A DNA stretch of 63,358 bases, counting the filler, from an uncultured Methanosarcinales archaeon (GTDB lineage Archaea > Nanobdellota > Nanobdellia > Woesearchaeales > JACPBV01), in assembly GCA_964492935.1 (NCBI GenBank). It is 5 parts of 5 records of this genome, joined end to end, with 100 filler letters (N's around TTAATTAATTAA, not from the genome) between each part and the next. Parts side by side here need not be neighbours in the genome. Positions count along the whole stretch, not along the records: positions 47,758 to 60,730 come from CAZBLF010000032.1; 4 more parts are not named here. One strand, 5' to 3'. Each line of letters opens with the position of its first letter. The first letter of the stretch is position 1. A model generated the notes under the pieces. That model had not been told where the DNA came from. It made no database searches and saw nothing but the letters and a program-made list of their open reading frames with translations. Shown piece after piece: positions 48,289-58,349 of the stretch. Both the position numbers and the translations under genes were made by a program.

Positions 48289-49614
48289 ATGACGATATTC
48301 AAGGCATATGATATTAGGGGAGTGTATGGTGGTGAGTTGACTGCTGAGCATGCCTACAACATAGGACGAGCATTTGTTAGTTTTCTGGCTGCTAAAACCG
48401 TGGTAGTGGGTCGAGATATGCGTAGCAGTGGTGAGGAGTTGAATGAGGCGCTACTTCGTGGATTGACGGAGGCGGGTGCCAAGGTGATTGACATTGGTGT
48501 TGTTTCGACGCCGATGGTGTATTTTGCTTGTGGAACATTGCAGGTAGATGGCAGTATTATGATTACGGCCTCACATAACCCTGCTGCATATAATGGGTTT
48601 AAGATGACTCGTGAGGATGCTATCCCTATTAGTGGAGATACCGGTATTCGAGATATTGAGAGAAGAGTTCGTGATGGTGACTTTATTACCGCTGGGTCAG
48701 CGGGAACGGTTGAGAAGAAGGATATGCAGACTGCGTATAAGCGGCACGTCCTGAGTTTTGTGCATGGTGTCAAGGGTAAAAAGATTGTTGTGGATGCTGC
48801 GAATGGGATGGGTGGATTAGAGACGAAGAAGATTTTATCTGGAATTGGGTGTAAGATTATTGAGATGTATACTGATTTAGATGGTCGATTTCCGAATCAT
48901 GAGGCTGATCCGCTGCGAGAGGAAAATACGGCTGCATTGCAGAAGCGTGTGGTTAAGGAAAAGGCAGATTTGGGGATTGCATTTGATGGGGATGCCGATA
49001 GAGTGTTTTTTGTTGATGAAAAGGGTAATCGCGTTCCAAGCGATTTTATTACGTGTTTGATTGCCCAAGATATTTTAGCTGATAAGCAGGGGGAGACGTT
49101 TCTCTATGATTTACGGAGTAGCCGTATTGTGGCTGAAATCATTGAACAGGATGGCGGGACGGCACATATGTCGCGAGTCGGGCATGCATTCATTAAGGAG
49201 CAGTTGCGTCGGGAAAAAGCTGTTTTTGCTGGTGAGTTGTCGGGTCACTTTTACTTTAAGGACAATTACTATACCGATTCTGCAATTATTGCTGCGTTGA
49301 AGGTGATTGAGTTGTTGTGTAGAAAGGATGAGTTGTTGTCTTCGTTAGTTTCACACCTGCACGTCTACTTTCATTCGGGAGAGATTAATAGTAAGGTTCT
49401 GGATGTTGAGAAAGTGATGGATGCTCTTCGTTCGCATTATGAATCGGGCGTCCCTTCTAGTTTAGATGGATTGCGCATTGATTTCGATGAGTGGTGGTTT
49501 AATGTGCGTGCTTCGAATACTGAGCCTCTTTTGCGGTTGAATGTTGAGGCTGCTACTAAAGAGATGCTTGATGAGAAGAAAAAGGAATTGTTGAAGATTA
49601 TTCGTTCTGAGTAG
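48289..49614 (+). CDS. Phosphomannomutase/phosphoglucomutase
   Basis: FKAYDIRG, ITASHNP, FDGDADR, GELSGH, RASNTEP. Confidence 0.96.
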   Translation: MTIFKAYDIRGVYGGELTAEHAYNIGRAFVSFLAAKTVVVGRDMRSSGEELNEALLRGLTEAGAKVIDIGVVSTPMVYFACGTLQVDGSIMITASHNPAAYNGFKMTREDAIPISGDTGIRDIERRVRDGDFITAGSAGTVEKKDMQTAYKRHVLSFVHGVKGKKIVVDAANGMGGLETKKILSGIGCKIIEMYTDLDGRFPNHEADPLREENTAALQKRVVKEKADLGIAFDGDADRVFFVDEKGNRVPSDFITCLIAQDILADKQGETFLYDLRSSRIVAEIIEQDGGTAHMSRVGHAFIKEQLRREKAVFAGELSGHFYFKDNYYTDSAIIAALKVIELLCRKDELLSSLVSHLHVYFHSGEINSKVLDVEKVMDALRSHYESGVPSSLDGLRIDFDEWWFNVRASNTEPLLRLNVEAATKEMLDEKKKELLKIIRSE

Positions 49615-49616
49615 AA

Positions 49617-51041
49617 TTATGCCTGCGGAGAAATATCTAGACTATTGGAATGGATGATTTGTTTCTTGCGGTTGACGTTGTAGCTGCCTACGGCTTGTGC
49701 TAATTTAAATTCGCCAATGATGGGAAGGTGTGACTTTATTTTGTAGGTGATGACGCGCTCGTCGCCTGGACCGAGTTCGTCGATGACCCATTTGAGGATG
49801 GTTCCTTTTTGGTCGTGCTTCTTTATTTTGATGGGTCTTAAGGTTCCGATGGAGATGTCGCCTTGTAAATCTGCGATATTCGGAATTCGATCGAGGACTT
49901 CGATTTCTTTTACCGTTGTCTTGCCGCGATTATGGATGTTGATCATGAATTTCATTTCTGAGACGCCGCCTTCTTTGAATTCAATTTGGGTTGCGAGTTT
50001 TTTCATGTCTACTTTTGCGCGATAGCTGAAGTAGAAGAGTGCTCCAATGCCAAGGAAAAAGAGGATTGCGACCAGTGCAAGGTAATTCTTCGTTATTCTC
50101 CAGGTGAATTCCTCTCCGGGGTCGAGTGCGACATCTAAGGATAAGAATCTGCCTTCCTCGGAATTAATGAAGGTTCCGCGGGGTGATGAGGAAAGGAAGA
50201 GGCGTTCAATTAATGTTGTTGGAATTTTTACGAGTCCCTCATATCTTACGTTTCCTTCATTCTTGTAGCGAATGACGCGTGTTTGCTTGAGAACGGTGGA
50301 GGTGGATTCATCGTATGGTCTTATTCTTCGGAATTTATTGATCTGAATGCGTTGTACCTTGGTATCTAATACTCGGTCGCCGTACATGACTTTGAGGACG
50401 GCTGTATCGATTTGAGGCGGGGTCTGGGGGTCGATGGTTTTGATAAAGGAAATGGTCTTCTTTTCCTTCTTTCCGAGCGGGATCTTTATTTCGTGGCTGA
50501 ATAATGTGCTTTCGACGGTGATTTTTAATTCTTCATAGTCGATTGCGTTTTGGTTGTCTACGCGCACTTTGATAGGAATTTCCTTAGAAGGATTTAATTG
50601 ATTTTCAATGATGAGGGATCCGATAACGGTGTCTTGATATTTCCCGGGTTCGGGTGAGACGATGGTTACTCGAATAGGTACTGTTTTTTCTTGATTGAGG
50701 CGCTCGTTCTTTACCTGCAGGTTGACGTTGTAGGCTCCGATTTCGTTTTGTTGTACCGGTTTGATGTAAATGTCAATACTGTTTTCTCCGTTTGGAGGTA
50801 CGGTTACTGTAATAGGGCTGGTGAGTGGTTTCGTGGTGATGTCCCAGAGCGGAAAATCTAGTGTTTTTAATCTGATAATTTCTTCCGTTGAGAGGTTGTT
50901 TTGAATGGTAACCGTGTATTTAGCTTCTTGAGATGCGGTGATGACGCTTTCTTGGGCTTCAGTTGACACATCAAAGGGGAAGGCGGTAGCTAGCGTTGAA
51001 AGAAGTACGAGCGCTAGGATCATGGTTACTTTATTTTTCAT
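49617..51041 (-). CDS. Secreted/membrane Ig-like surface protein
   Basis: Signal peptide, beta-sandwich repeats, internal TM. Confidence 0.7.
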   Translation of the reverse strand: MKNKVTMILALVLLSTLATAFPFDVSTEAQESVITASQEAKYTVTIQNNLSTEEIIRLKTLDFPLWDITTKPLTSPITVTVPPNGENSIDIYIKPVQQNEIGAYNVNLQVKNERLNQEKTVPIRVTIVSPEPGKYQDTVIGSLIIENQLNPSKEIPIKVRVDNQNAIDYEELKITVESTLFSHEIKIPLGKKEKKTISFIKTIDPQTPPQIDTAVLKVMYGDRVLDTKVQRIQINKFRRIRPYDESTSTVLKQTRVIRYKNEGNVRYEGLVKIPTTLIERLFLSSSPRGTFINSEEGRFLSLDVALDPGEEFTWRITKNYLALVAILFFLGIGALFYFSYRAKVDMKKLATQIEFKEGGVSEMKFMINIHNRGKTTVKEIEVLDRIPNIADLQGDISIGTLRPIKIKKHDQKGTILKWVIDELGPGDERVITYKIKSHLPIIGEFKLAQAVGSYNVNRKKQIIHSNSLDISPQA

Positions 51042-51223
51042 TTACTCCCCACTAGCGTTGCTACAGTAAAGTGAAGTATATAAACTTTTCGTGGGTTTGG
51101 TGGGATGTGTAGTTGTACCCAAACATGTCAATAACTGGAAGTTATTGAGCACATTTCCTTCCCTCGCGAAATGTGCGAGGAAAACAAATGTTTATAAATG
51201 GGTCGGCTACTCTGAGTCTTACT

Positions 51224-51526
51224 ATGCAGAGAAAAGGCGGAAAAAGACGTAAGACGCGACACTTGTCTACTAAGCACTATAGGAAGAAGGGTAAGGTTTC
51301 GATTAGTAAGTACTTTCAGACCTTTGAAACTGGAACAAAAGTACGTTTGTCGGTGGAGCCTGCGGTTAATGAAGGTATGTATGATTATCGCTTTTATGGT
51401 AAATCAGGAATTGTAGAGAGTAAACGTGGTAGATGTTACTTAGTAGCATTCAAAGATGGTGGTAAGGCGAAGCAGCTGATTGTTCACCCTATACACTTGG
51501 AGGGTATGAAACATGTCAACGTTTGA
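51224..51526 (+). CDS. rpl21e: 50S ribosomal protein L21e
   Basis: RRKTR, RFYGKSG, GGKAKQLIVHPIHL. Confidence 0.95.
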   Translation: MQRKGGKRRKTRHLSTKHYRKKGKVSISKYFQTFETGTKVRLSVEPAVNEGMYDYRFYGKSGIVESKRGRCYLVAFKDGGKAKQLIVHPIHLEGMKHVNV

Positions 51527-51842
51527 AATTATTGAGGAGAGACCTATTGATCTTACTGAGTTAAAGTCTGAACTTGAGAGTATTAAGAAAAGAGATAAGG
51601 AGCTTGGGTTTCGAAGTAATAGAACTAAAGAGTATTTAGAGCAGATTGGTGTTGAAGGAGATAATAAAGCTCTTATCAAGAAAATTGTTGATTTAGGTGT
51701 GCCAAGGTTAAAGGATTTGCACATTGTTAAGATTGTTGATAATAAACCTGAGACGGTAGAGGATCTGAAAATGGTTCTGCAAGGATATCCGCTAACGGTG
51801 AATGCTGACAATCTTAAGAAGATTGTTGAAGCCATCAAATAG
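51513..51842 (+). CDS. rpoF: RNA polymerase subunit F (Rpo4)
   Basis: KIVDNKPETVEDLK; L21e-rpoF-DUF655 operon position. Confidence 0.85.
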   Translation: MSTFEIIEERPIDLTELKSELESIKKRDKELGFRSNRTKEYLEQIGVEGDNKALIKKIVDLGVPRLKDLHIVKIVDNKPETVEDLKMVLQGYPLTVNADNLKKIVEAIK

Positions 51843-51910
51843 CGTTCTTTTTTGTGCAGTAGCACAAAACTTATATACTTTATTCGTTATCCTATTTATA
51901 CGTGAAACAG

Positions 51911-52480
51911 ATGGAAGAAGTTCAAGAAACCAGGAAAGAGGAAGTTGCGATTATCTTAGATTTCTTGCCAAACGGCTATCCCTTTGATGATAGGCCTATT
52001 CATTTGAAAACACCGATTGCACAGGCACTTGGAAAGGAACGTTTTGTTTTATTGGAATTAGTTCCTAAGAAGGATGTACATTTGAAGGCGTTTCAAGAGG
52101 TGTACATTGGAGAGGGAAAGCGCGATCAGATTCATCATATTTCGGGTAAGTTGCCTGTAGATAAGTTGACACAGACGGCTAAGTCGGAACTAGAATTCGT
52201 GATTAAGGATATTATCAAGAAGAATGAATCGTATTTTATTGACTTTTTTAATAAGGCTCGGCCTCTCGGTACTAGAATGCACCAGCTTGAGTTATTGCCG
52301 GGATTAGGTAAAAAACACATGTGGGAGATTATCGAGGCTCGGGATGATGAAGACTTTAAGAGTTTTGAAGATTTGAAGAAACGAGTAGCTTTGATGCCTG
52401 ATCCTGAAAGGACTCTTTTGAGGCGTATTTTGAAGGAGATTGAGGGTGACGAGAAGCACCGAATCTTTGTTGATGTTTAG
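51911..52480 (+). CDS. DUF655 putative RNA-binding protein
   Basis: ILDFLPNG, AQALG, RMHQLELLPGLGKK. Confidence 0.9.
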   Translation: MEEVQETRKEEVAIILDFLPNGYPFDDRPIHLKTPIAQALGKERFVLLELVPKKDVHLKAFQEVYIGEGKRDQIHHISGKLPVDKLTQTAKSELEFVIKDIIKKNESYFIDFFNKARPLGTRMHQLELLPGLGKKHMWEIIEARDDEDFKSFEDLKKRVALMPDPERTLLRRILKEIEGDEKHRIFVDV

Positions 52481-52515
52481 GCAGTTTTTTATACTTTTCT
52501 AGATTCACTTTCTCT

Positions 52516-53085
52516 ATGATTCAACGTATTAAGGGTTTGATGCAGGTTAAGGACGATCTTGATACGGTGCGGAAGAGTGTGGCGGATCAGGCGGCTTCGG
52601 TTACTTCTTTATCGGATGGGGTTTTAGCATTAGGTAGACAGCTGGCCGAGGTGCGGGAGCAGCAGAATGAGTTCTTGGTTACGTTTAAGGCAGATTTGCG
52701 AGTTATTAGTGAGGCGAAAGAGGATTTTGAGCGCGAGGTATATGATTTTAAGTTGTTGAAATCTCAATTACAAGGTAAGATCATGAAGAAGTTTGAGGAG
52801 GAGTTGGATAAAGAATTGCAACTGCAGATGGATCAGGTGAAGCATGATGCTGAAACGTACGATAAGATGAACAATCAGTTGTCTACATTGGTTAGTCAGA
52901 CTGCTTCATTGGGCGGTGAATTGGAAACATTCAGGGATATTAGCAAAAGTATTAAAAAAGAAGATTTCCAGTTAGAGAGTTATGCTAAGTTGCTTGAACG
53001 TGGAGATAGGGAGAAATTGGAACTGATGCGGAAAATTGATACGTTGGAACGGCTTTGTGCGAAGATGCGTCGTGATAGACGATGA
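52516..53085 (+). CDS. Coiled-coil hypothetical protein
   Basis: Heptad-rich ORF. Confidence 0.7.
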   Translation: MIQRIKGLMQVKDDLDTVRKSVADQAASVTSLSDGVLALGRQLAEVREQQNEFLVTFKADLRVISEAKEDFEREVYDFKLLKSQLQGKIMKKFEEELDKELQLQMDQVKHDAETYDKMNNQLSTLVSQTASLGGELETFRDISKSIKKEDFQLESYAKLLERGDREKLELMRKIDTLERLCAKMRRDRR

Positions 53086-53726
53086 ACCAGGCCTATCCTA
53101 TGCATGGGGCTAAGCCCATACAAATTGGAAAGATTGCTACGTCGCGTCATGAGATTAGAGATTTAATTAAAGCGTGGATTGTTATTTCGTTTGCGTTTGC
53201 TATGGTGTTGTCCGGTTCGTTTCTTAATGAAGCATTTTCTGGTTTTTTTGTTATTTCGGCATTGACGGTAGGAATTGGGTTTATCTTACATGAGCTTGCG
53301 CATAAGATCGTTGCGCAGCGCTTTGGGTGTTATGCTGAGTTTCGGGCTTTTAACGGGATGTTGATGATGGCGGTTTTACTTAGTTTTCTTGGTTTTATTT
53401 TCGCTGCGCCTGGTGCGGTGATAATTGCGGGTCCGGTTGGTAGAAGACGGAATGGCAAGATTGCGGTTGCGGGTCCGGTTACGAACTTGGTTTTGGCAGT
53501 TGTGTTCTTAGGTTTATTTTCTGTGTATCCTAGTGGCTTTATGTCGACGTTTGCTCGGTATGGATTTATGATTAATACGTGGTTAGCATTATTCAATATG
53601 ATTCCTATCTGGCAGTTGGATGGGAAAAAGGTGTTGGCGTGGAGCAAGCCCATCTATTTTGGTGTGTTGGCATTTGGATTTGGATTGCATGTTGTGGCGA
53701 CGGCGTTGCCGCGCTTATTGAGTTAG
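53082..53726 (+). CDS. Site-2 protease (peptidase M50)
   Basis: HELAH, AGPVTN, FNMIPIWQLDG. Confidence 0.92.
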   Translation: MNQAYPMHGAKPIQIGKIATSRHEIRDLIKAWIVISFAFAMVLSGSFLNEAFSGFFVISALTVGIGFILHELAHKIVAQRFGCYAEFRAFNGMLMMAVLLSFLGFIFAAPGAVIIAGPVGRRRNGKIAVAGPVTNLVLAVVFLGLFSVYPSGFMSTFARYGFMINTWLALFNMIPIWQLDGKKVLAWSKPIYFGVLAFGFGLHVVATALPRLLS

Positions 53727-53743
53727 GATTTAGGAGAATTACT

Positions 53744-54499
53744 ATGGACACGATGCAAGCAAACCTGGGAGCAGTTATCTGGAATATGGCTAATGGGACT
53801 ATGGCCGAAAATCTTGCTAATCCGGATTTTACAAACTCGGTTGATAAGTTAACTCGGGAGATTTATGAGGATCCAACAACAATAGTTCAGTTTCCGTTGG
53901 ATAGTCTCCTTATGTTGTTAGCGATTAAGACTTTTTATGTGGATAGGAGACATAACAATCCGGATACCATTTCGTATATTGGTCGATTACTTGATAGTTT
54001 TACGAGGACGGACAGCGCTCCTGAGGCGGTGCGTCGCTTTAGGGAGGGATCTGAGGATGCGGCTAGTAGTGTTGACCCAGTATACATGGTTGATGTTCTA
54101 CTTAAGGATGCCTCCGATTCTAGATCGGTCATGGCACTTCACCGCTATATTGCTGATCATAGTCTGTTTTGGGCAGGCACTTTTCCTGACGCGGATCCGT
54201 CAACTTCCTCGTTTGGAGAATCTTGTTATTACACGTTGTCGCGCTTCAGATATACTTCCTCTTACGATCGAGAGGTGTATTCTGAGCTTTCACGAATTTT
54301 TCCCTATTATGTAGAAGGCATGAATGATTTGGCAAGAAATTTTCTTCATGCTCCTAACAGGGAAGTTCTTACCGATCTTATGCTAGATGCAGTGACACGG
54401 AGTAAGGTGGACGATCAACGTGAAGCGACTCAGGCAAAGGAGGACGCAATTGCCTATGCTCGTCTTCTCCACTTTCCTAGTCCGTTTGGTAGTAATTAG
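53744..54499 (+). CDS. Hypothetical protein
   Basis: AGGAG SD; RYIADHSLFWAGTFPD. Confidence 0.7.
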   Translation: MDTMQANLGAVIWNMANGTMAENLANPDFTNSVDKLTREIYEDPTTIVQFPLDSLLMLLAIKTFYVDRRHNNPDTISYIGRLLDSFTRTDSAPEAVRRFREGSEDAASSVDPVYMVDVLLKDASDSRSVMALHRYIADHSLFWAGTFPDADPSTSSFGESCYYTLSRFRYTSSYDREVYSELSRIFPYYVEGMNDLARNFLHAPNREVLTDLMLDAVTRSKVDDQREATQAKEDAIAYARLLHFPSPFGSN

Positions 54500-54533
54500 G
54501 TTTATCATTTGTAATAGCAATAGAGGTGGAAAC

Positions 54534-54779
54534 ATGGGAAAAGCAAAACCGGTTGCGGCTGGAATGGCCGTTGGATTAGTATGGGGATTGGGCGTGTTTT
54601 TTATTACGTTGTTGGCGCTTGTGTTCTCGGGATATGGAAGTGCATTTACTGATATTCTGATATCTTTGTATCCGGGCTACACTGTTTCGGTGCTTGGATC
54701 ACTTATCGGGATGTTTTACGGCTTTGTCGATGCATTTATCGGCGGATGGATTGTTGTTTGGTTATACAATCGATTTTAG
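54534..54779 (+). CDS. Small membrane protein (putative holin-like family)
   Basis: GAGGTGG SD; LYPGY...GFVDAFIGG..WLYNRF. Confidence 0.7.
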   Translation: MGKAKPVAAGMAVGLVWGLGVFFITLLALVFSGYGSAFTDILISLYPGYTVSVLGSLIGMFYGFVDAFIGGWIVVWLYNRF

Positions 54780-55519
54780 AAGTTGATGGTTTGTAGATCG
54801 AGAAGAGGGATGTTGTTTTTGTTGGCTTCCTCTTGTTGTTGCTCGTTGCAGTAGCCCCAGGTTGCTAGGCCTACTTGGATTCCGAGATGTTTCGTGTTTT
54901 TTAAGTGTTCTACTTGGTCATCGATGAAGAGTAGGTTGTTGAAATCGCATTGTTCTAGGTTTTTGATGTGCTCCATGATTTTCACTTTTTCTTTTGCGAA
55001 GTTGCAGTCGAAGATGTTTTCTTGTGGAAATTTGATATTGTGGAAGTTGAGCATTTCGATGATGGTCTTTTTTTCGTTTGCGCTGGCGATGTAGAGTTTG
55101 TTTTTTGTGGTGTTCATTAATTGCATTATTTCTTTGAAGGGTGGGGAGAGGTGCATCCATCCTTCTAGATCGTCTTTCATGATGAGGTCTCTACTTACAT
55201 GTACCTCGTATGACCATTTGTCAATCTTGTCTTTGAATTGCTCTCTTAACTCGGTGAATTGTTGCATTGTTGTTATTTGTAGTTGTTTGTCGATGGCGTA
55301 ATGCATGAGGATGTAGTCTCCGCCGTATTTGAGGAAGGGTCTTAGTTTTCTGAATTGTTCAATCTGTTGAGGGTTCGTTTTTTGTAGTTCGTGCATGTCT
55401 TTTACTAGGAAATCTTTCTTTGCGTCTTTAAACTCCTTGAGAAAGGTGTCGTAGGAGATGATGAAGCCGTCTAAAACACTATCAACTACTACTCCATCGA
55501 AATCTAGGATTGGAATCAT
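54776..55519 (-). CDS. HAD-family hydrolase
   Basis: LDFDGVVVDS, FIDD, ATWGY. Confidence 0.88.
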   Translation of the reverse strand: MIPILDFDGVVVDSVLDGFIISYDTFLKEFKDAKKDFLVKDMHELQKTNPQQIEQFRKLRPFLKYGGDYILMHYAIDKQLQITTMQQFTELREQFKDKIDKWSYEVHVSRDLIMKDDLEGWMHLSPPFKEIMQLMNTTKNKLYIASANEKKTIIEMLNFHNIKFPQENIFDCNFAKEKVKIMEHIKNLEQCDFNNLLFIDDQVEHLKNTKHLGIQVGLATWGYCNEQQQEEANKNNIPLLDLQTINF

Positions 55520-55539
55520 GTTGTTAGAATTTTGTACTG

Positions 55540-56202
55540 CTATAAAACATCTTTGATTTTTTTGATTGAACTGAGGACGGCATGTGCTCCTTGTTCTTTC
55601 ATGAGCTGTTTGTTTTCTTTTCCCTGGATGACTGCTACATAGGGGATTGAAAGTTCTTGGGAGACTTGAAGTCCATTGGAATGACCGCCGATGAAGAGGG
55701 TTGACTCTTTAGTTGCCTTGAGCTTTTTTATGGATTTCTCGATGTAGGATGCGGGTGGGGCTTCTTCTTCTAGATTATTGTAGCTGACGATGTGGGTGAA
55801 ATAGGGTAGGAGTCCTGCTTTCTCTAGGCAGAATTCTGCTTCCTTGTCACCGCGCTCGGTTGCTATTGCAAGGGTGTAGCGTCTCAGTGTTTTGAGCAGT
55901 TTTTCGTCTACGAGTGGCTTTTCATCTAGAATATAGCCGTTGAAATTTCTTCCTTGGTAGTATTCTTGGAATTTTTTGGTGATGGAATGTGCTCTTATGG
56001 AATGTCCACCATTATTGATAATTAATTTTTCGCAGGCTTCGTAGCATTCGTCTAAACCGTTGCCGGGAGACTGGGTGATGATGTCGTCGTCCAGGTTTCG
56101 TCCGAGAAAGAACTCTGCGGTTTTCTTGATGGCTGCGCATGACGCCTGATCTACATCGAAGAGAACTCCGCTGAGATCGAAAAGAAGCAATTTTGGTTTT
56201 AT
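55540..56202 (-). CDS. HAD-like protein (degenerate motifs; probable ATA start)
   Basis: LLFDLSGVL; GGTGA SD 4 nt before ATA. Confidence 0.75.
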   Translation of the reverse strand: MKPKLLLFDLSGVLFDVDQASCAAIKKTAEFFLGRNLDDDIITQSPGNGLDECYEACEKLIINNGGHSIRAHSITKKFQEYYQGRNFNGYILDEKPLVDEKLLKTLRRYTLAIATERGDKEAEFCLEKAGLLPYFTHIVSYNNLEEEAPPASYIEKSIKKLKATKESTLFIGGHSNGLQVSQELSIPYVAVIQGKENKQLMKEQGAHAVLSSIKKIKDVL

Positions 56203-56256
56203 TGTTTCACCCTTTTTGTAAATGAGGTAGGGTAGGGTGATATAAATAGTTTTGGT

Positions 56257-56394
56257 TCACTCTTTAGGATGTTTTTTTGGATGATTTTCTTCTTTAGGTG
56301 CGAATTGTGCGTTGTGCTTCCATTGTCCCATTAATGCCCAGTAGACTGCTAATAATCCTATTACAGAGAGAATTGCTAGAAGTGCATCATTCAT
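56257..56394 (-). CDS. 45-aa single-TM small protein (not in ORF track)
   Basis: MNDALLAILSVIGLLAVYWALMGQWKHNAQFAPKEENHPKKHPKE; overlaps glutaredoxin stop. Confidence 0.55.
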   Translation of the reverse strand: MNDALLAILSVIGLLAVYWALMGQWKHNAQFAPKEENHPKKHPKE

Positions 56395-56641
56395 TGTCTA
56401 GATGGTCGATCATGTCCTGGCTGTCGGTGAATTTTGTTTGTTCGATGATCATTTTAGGAATACTGATGTTGTTGTCGAAGAGTTCTCCAAATGTGGTGTC
56501 TTTGTATTTTGTAGCAGGTCGTTCTTCTCTATCCATAGGAATTTCTACGAACTCGTACTCTTTGTTGTGTTGTTTTAATGTAGCTATTACTCTCTGACAG
56601 TACGGGCAGCTTTCGTTTGCGAATAAGGTTATTTTTTCCAT
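56387..56641 (-). CDS. Glutaredoxin-like protein
   Basis: CPYC; IP motif; DSQDMIDHL. Confidence 0.85.
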   Translation of the reverse strand: MEKITLFANESCPYCQRVIATLKQHNKEYEFVEIPMDREERPATKYKDTTFGELFDNNISIPKMIIEQTKFTDSQDMIDHLDNE

Positions 56642-56698
56642 AGGTTTGTTGTATTGTGATGCTATATAAAATTATCTTTTGAATGGGGAGCAAAAGCA

Positions 56699-57538
56699 TT
56701 ATGCTTTGTAGACGAGTGCATCCCCTAATGAGAATCCTGCGGTCTCTGCAAGACTATTAAGACCCATCATGTTTTTTGCTATAAGCGTCATATGGAGCGG
56801 TAGGGCCAAGTTGTTGCGTCTAATGGTGTGGAGCATGTTTCGTAGATATTGGACGTCCTGGTGTTGTGAGAATACGTCTGTGAGTTCTTGTCTAAATTCA
56901 TCAGTGATTGGGGCAGTATTGTGAGATGCAAGATAGTTGGCCATGGCCTTCGCTCTCTTTTTGGGTGAGCCTGTGGCGATGTTTCTCAGCAATAATCGCT
57001 CTCCCACCGTTAGTTCTAGGAAGTAATTTCTGTCTAGTATTGCGATTTCCTTATCATCTGTTACTCTGAAATTTCCTGGATGTACGTCGGAATGAACGTG
57101 GCCCCTTTCGATTTGTTTCACATAATTTTGCGCGATGGTGGCGACTATTTCTTGGAGATTGTGTCCTCGTTGCTCGAGCTCTTCGGGATGAGTAAGATTT
57201 ACTCCGTCGATAAACTCCTCTCTTTTGAAGTATCTGTTTTCAGTACCTACTGATTTGGGAACCCTCATTGCATAGGTGGAGCCTCTTAGGCTAAATTCGT
57301 TGTTTTTCCTATAAAATGTGGAATCTTGGTCTAGGAATCCTGTGAAATTGATATCGTTTTCGGGTAAAACACCAAACTTGGCTTTCCACTCATTTTCCAA
57401 ATACTTTGATACGTATTGCTTATCGCCCATTATAGCATACATGTTGGAGTTTCTTTTTAAAGATACTGCTTTTTTGTCATTACATAGTGGTACTTTTACA
57501 CTAAGTATGTGTTGAGTCTCTTCGTTGTGCAAAAGCAT
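56699..57538 (-). CDS. ABC1/AarF/UbiB-like kinase domain protein (possibly truncated)
   Basis: EEFIDG, HSDVHPGNF, ILD. Confidence 0.7.
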   Translation of the reverse strand: MLLHNEETQHILSVKVPLCNDKKAVSLKRNSNMYAIMGDKQYVSKYLENEWKAKFGVLPENDINFTGFLDQDSTFYRKNNEFSLRGSTYAMRVPKSVGTENRYFKREEFIDGVNLTHPEELEQRGHNLQEIVATIAQNYVKQIERGHVHSDVHPGNFRVTDDKEIAILDRNYFLELTVGERLLLRNIATGSPKKRAKAMANYLASHNTAPITDEFRQELTDVFSQHQDVQYLRNMLHTIRRNNLALPLHMTLIAKNMMGLNSLAETAGFSLGDALVYKA

Positions 57539-57566
57539 TATAAAATGGAAGTCATCTTAATGGAGT

Positions 57567-58349
57567 ATGGGCGGAAAAATTGGTTTTATTGGCGCTGGGA
57601 ATATGGCTTCGGCCTTGGCTGCTGCTTTTTCTTCTGTAGCTGATGAAATATCGGTTTCGGATAAAAGTGCTGAGAAATTGGAGCATTTGCGGGGTAAGGT
57701 GGAGGTTTTGGTATCGCAGTCTAACGTTTCGGTTGTGCAGGAATCTGAGATTGTGTTTATCTGTGTTAAACCGAAAGATGTTGCGAGTGTTTTGGATGAA
57801 ATCAAGGATCATGTTGCTGGTACATTAATTGTTTCTATAGCTGCTGGTGTTACGTTGAAAACACTTGAATCGGTATTGGATTGTTCTGTTATTCGTGTGA
57901 TGCCGAATACTCCGTGTTTGGTAGGCGAGATGGCTGCTGGTTATGCACTTGGTTCAAAGGTTACTAAAAAAGAGGCTCAACAGATTGATGAGTTGTTGAA
58001 TGTTGCCGGGGTTGCAGTTAAGGTTAATGAGAAAGATATTGATGTTGTTTCTGCTTTATCTGGTAGCGGTCCTGCGTTTATGGCTTATTTGTTTAAGACT
58101 TTTGTAAAGGCTGCTACAAAACAGGGTTTATCTTCTGAGTTAGCTTGGAAATTGATGTTGCAGACTGCTCGCGGGACAGCAATACAAATGCAGAAGACGG
58201 GAATGTCGGCGGATGATCTGATTACCATGGTTTCTAGTCCAGGTGGTTCAACTATTGAAGGTCGAAAGGTGTTGGAGAAAAGTGGATTGGAGAAAGTGTT
58301 TAGTTCTACGTTAGATGCTGCGGTTAAGAAGAATAAGAAGTTGGGTTAG
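57567..58349 (+). CDS. proC: Pyrroline-5-carboxylate reductase
   Basis: GFIGAGNMA, VKP, RVMPNTP, SGSGPA, VSSPGGST. Confidence 0.96.
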   Translation: MGGKIGFIGAGNMASALAAAFSSVADEISVSDKSAEKLEHLRGKVEVLVSQSNVSVVQESEIVFICVKPKDVASVLDEIKDHVAGTLIVSIAAGVTLKTLESVLDCSVIRVMPNTPCLVGEMAAGYALGSKVTKKEAQQIDELLNVAGVAVKVNEKDIDVVSALSGSGPAFMAYLFKTFVKAATKQGLSSELAWKLMLQTARGTAIQMQKTGMSADDLITMVSSPGGSTIEGRKVLEKSGLEKVFSSTLDAAVKKNKKLG

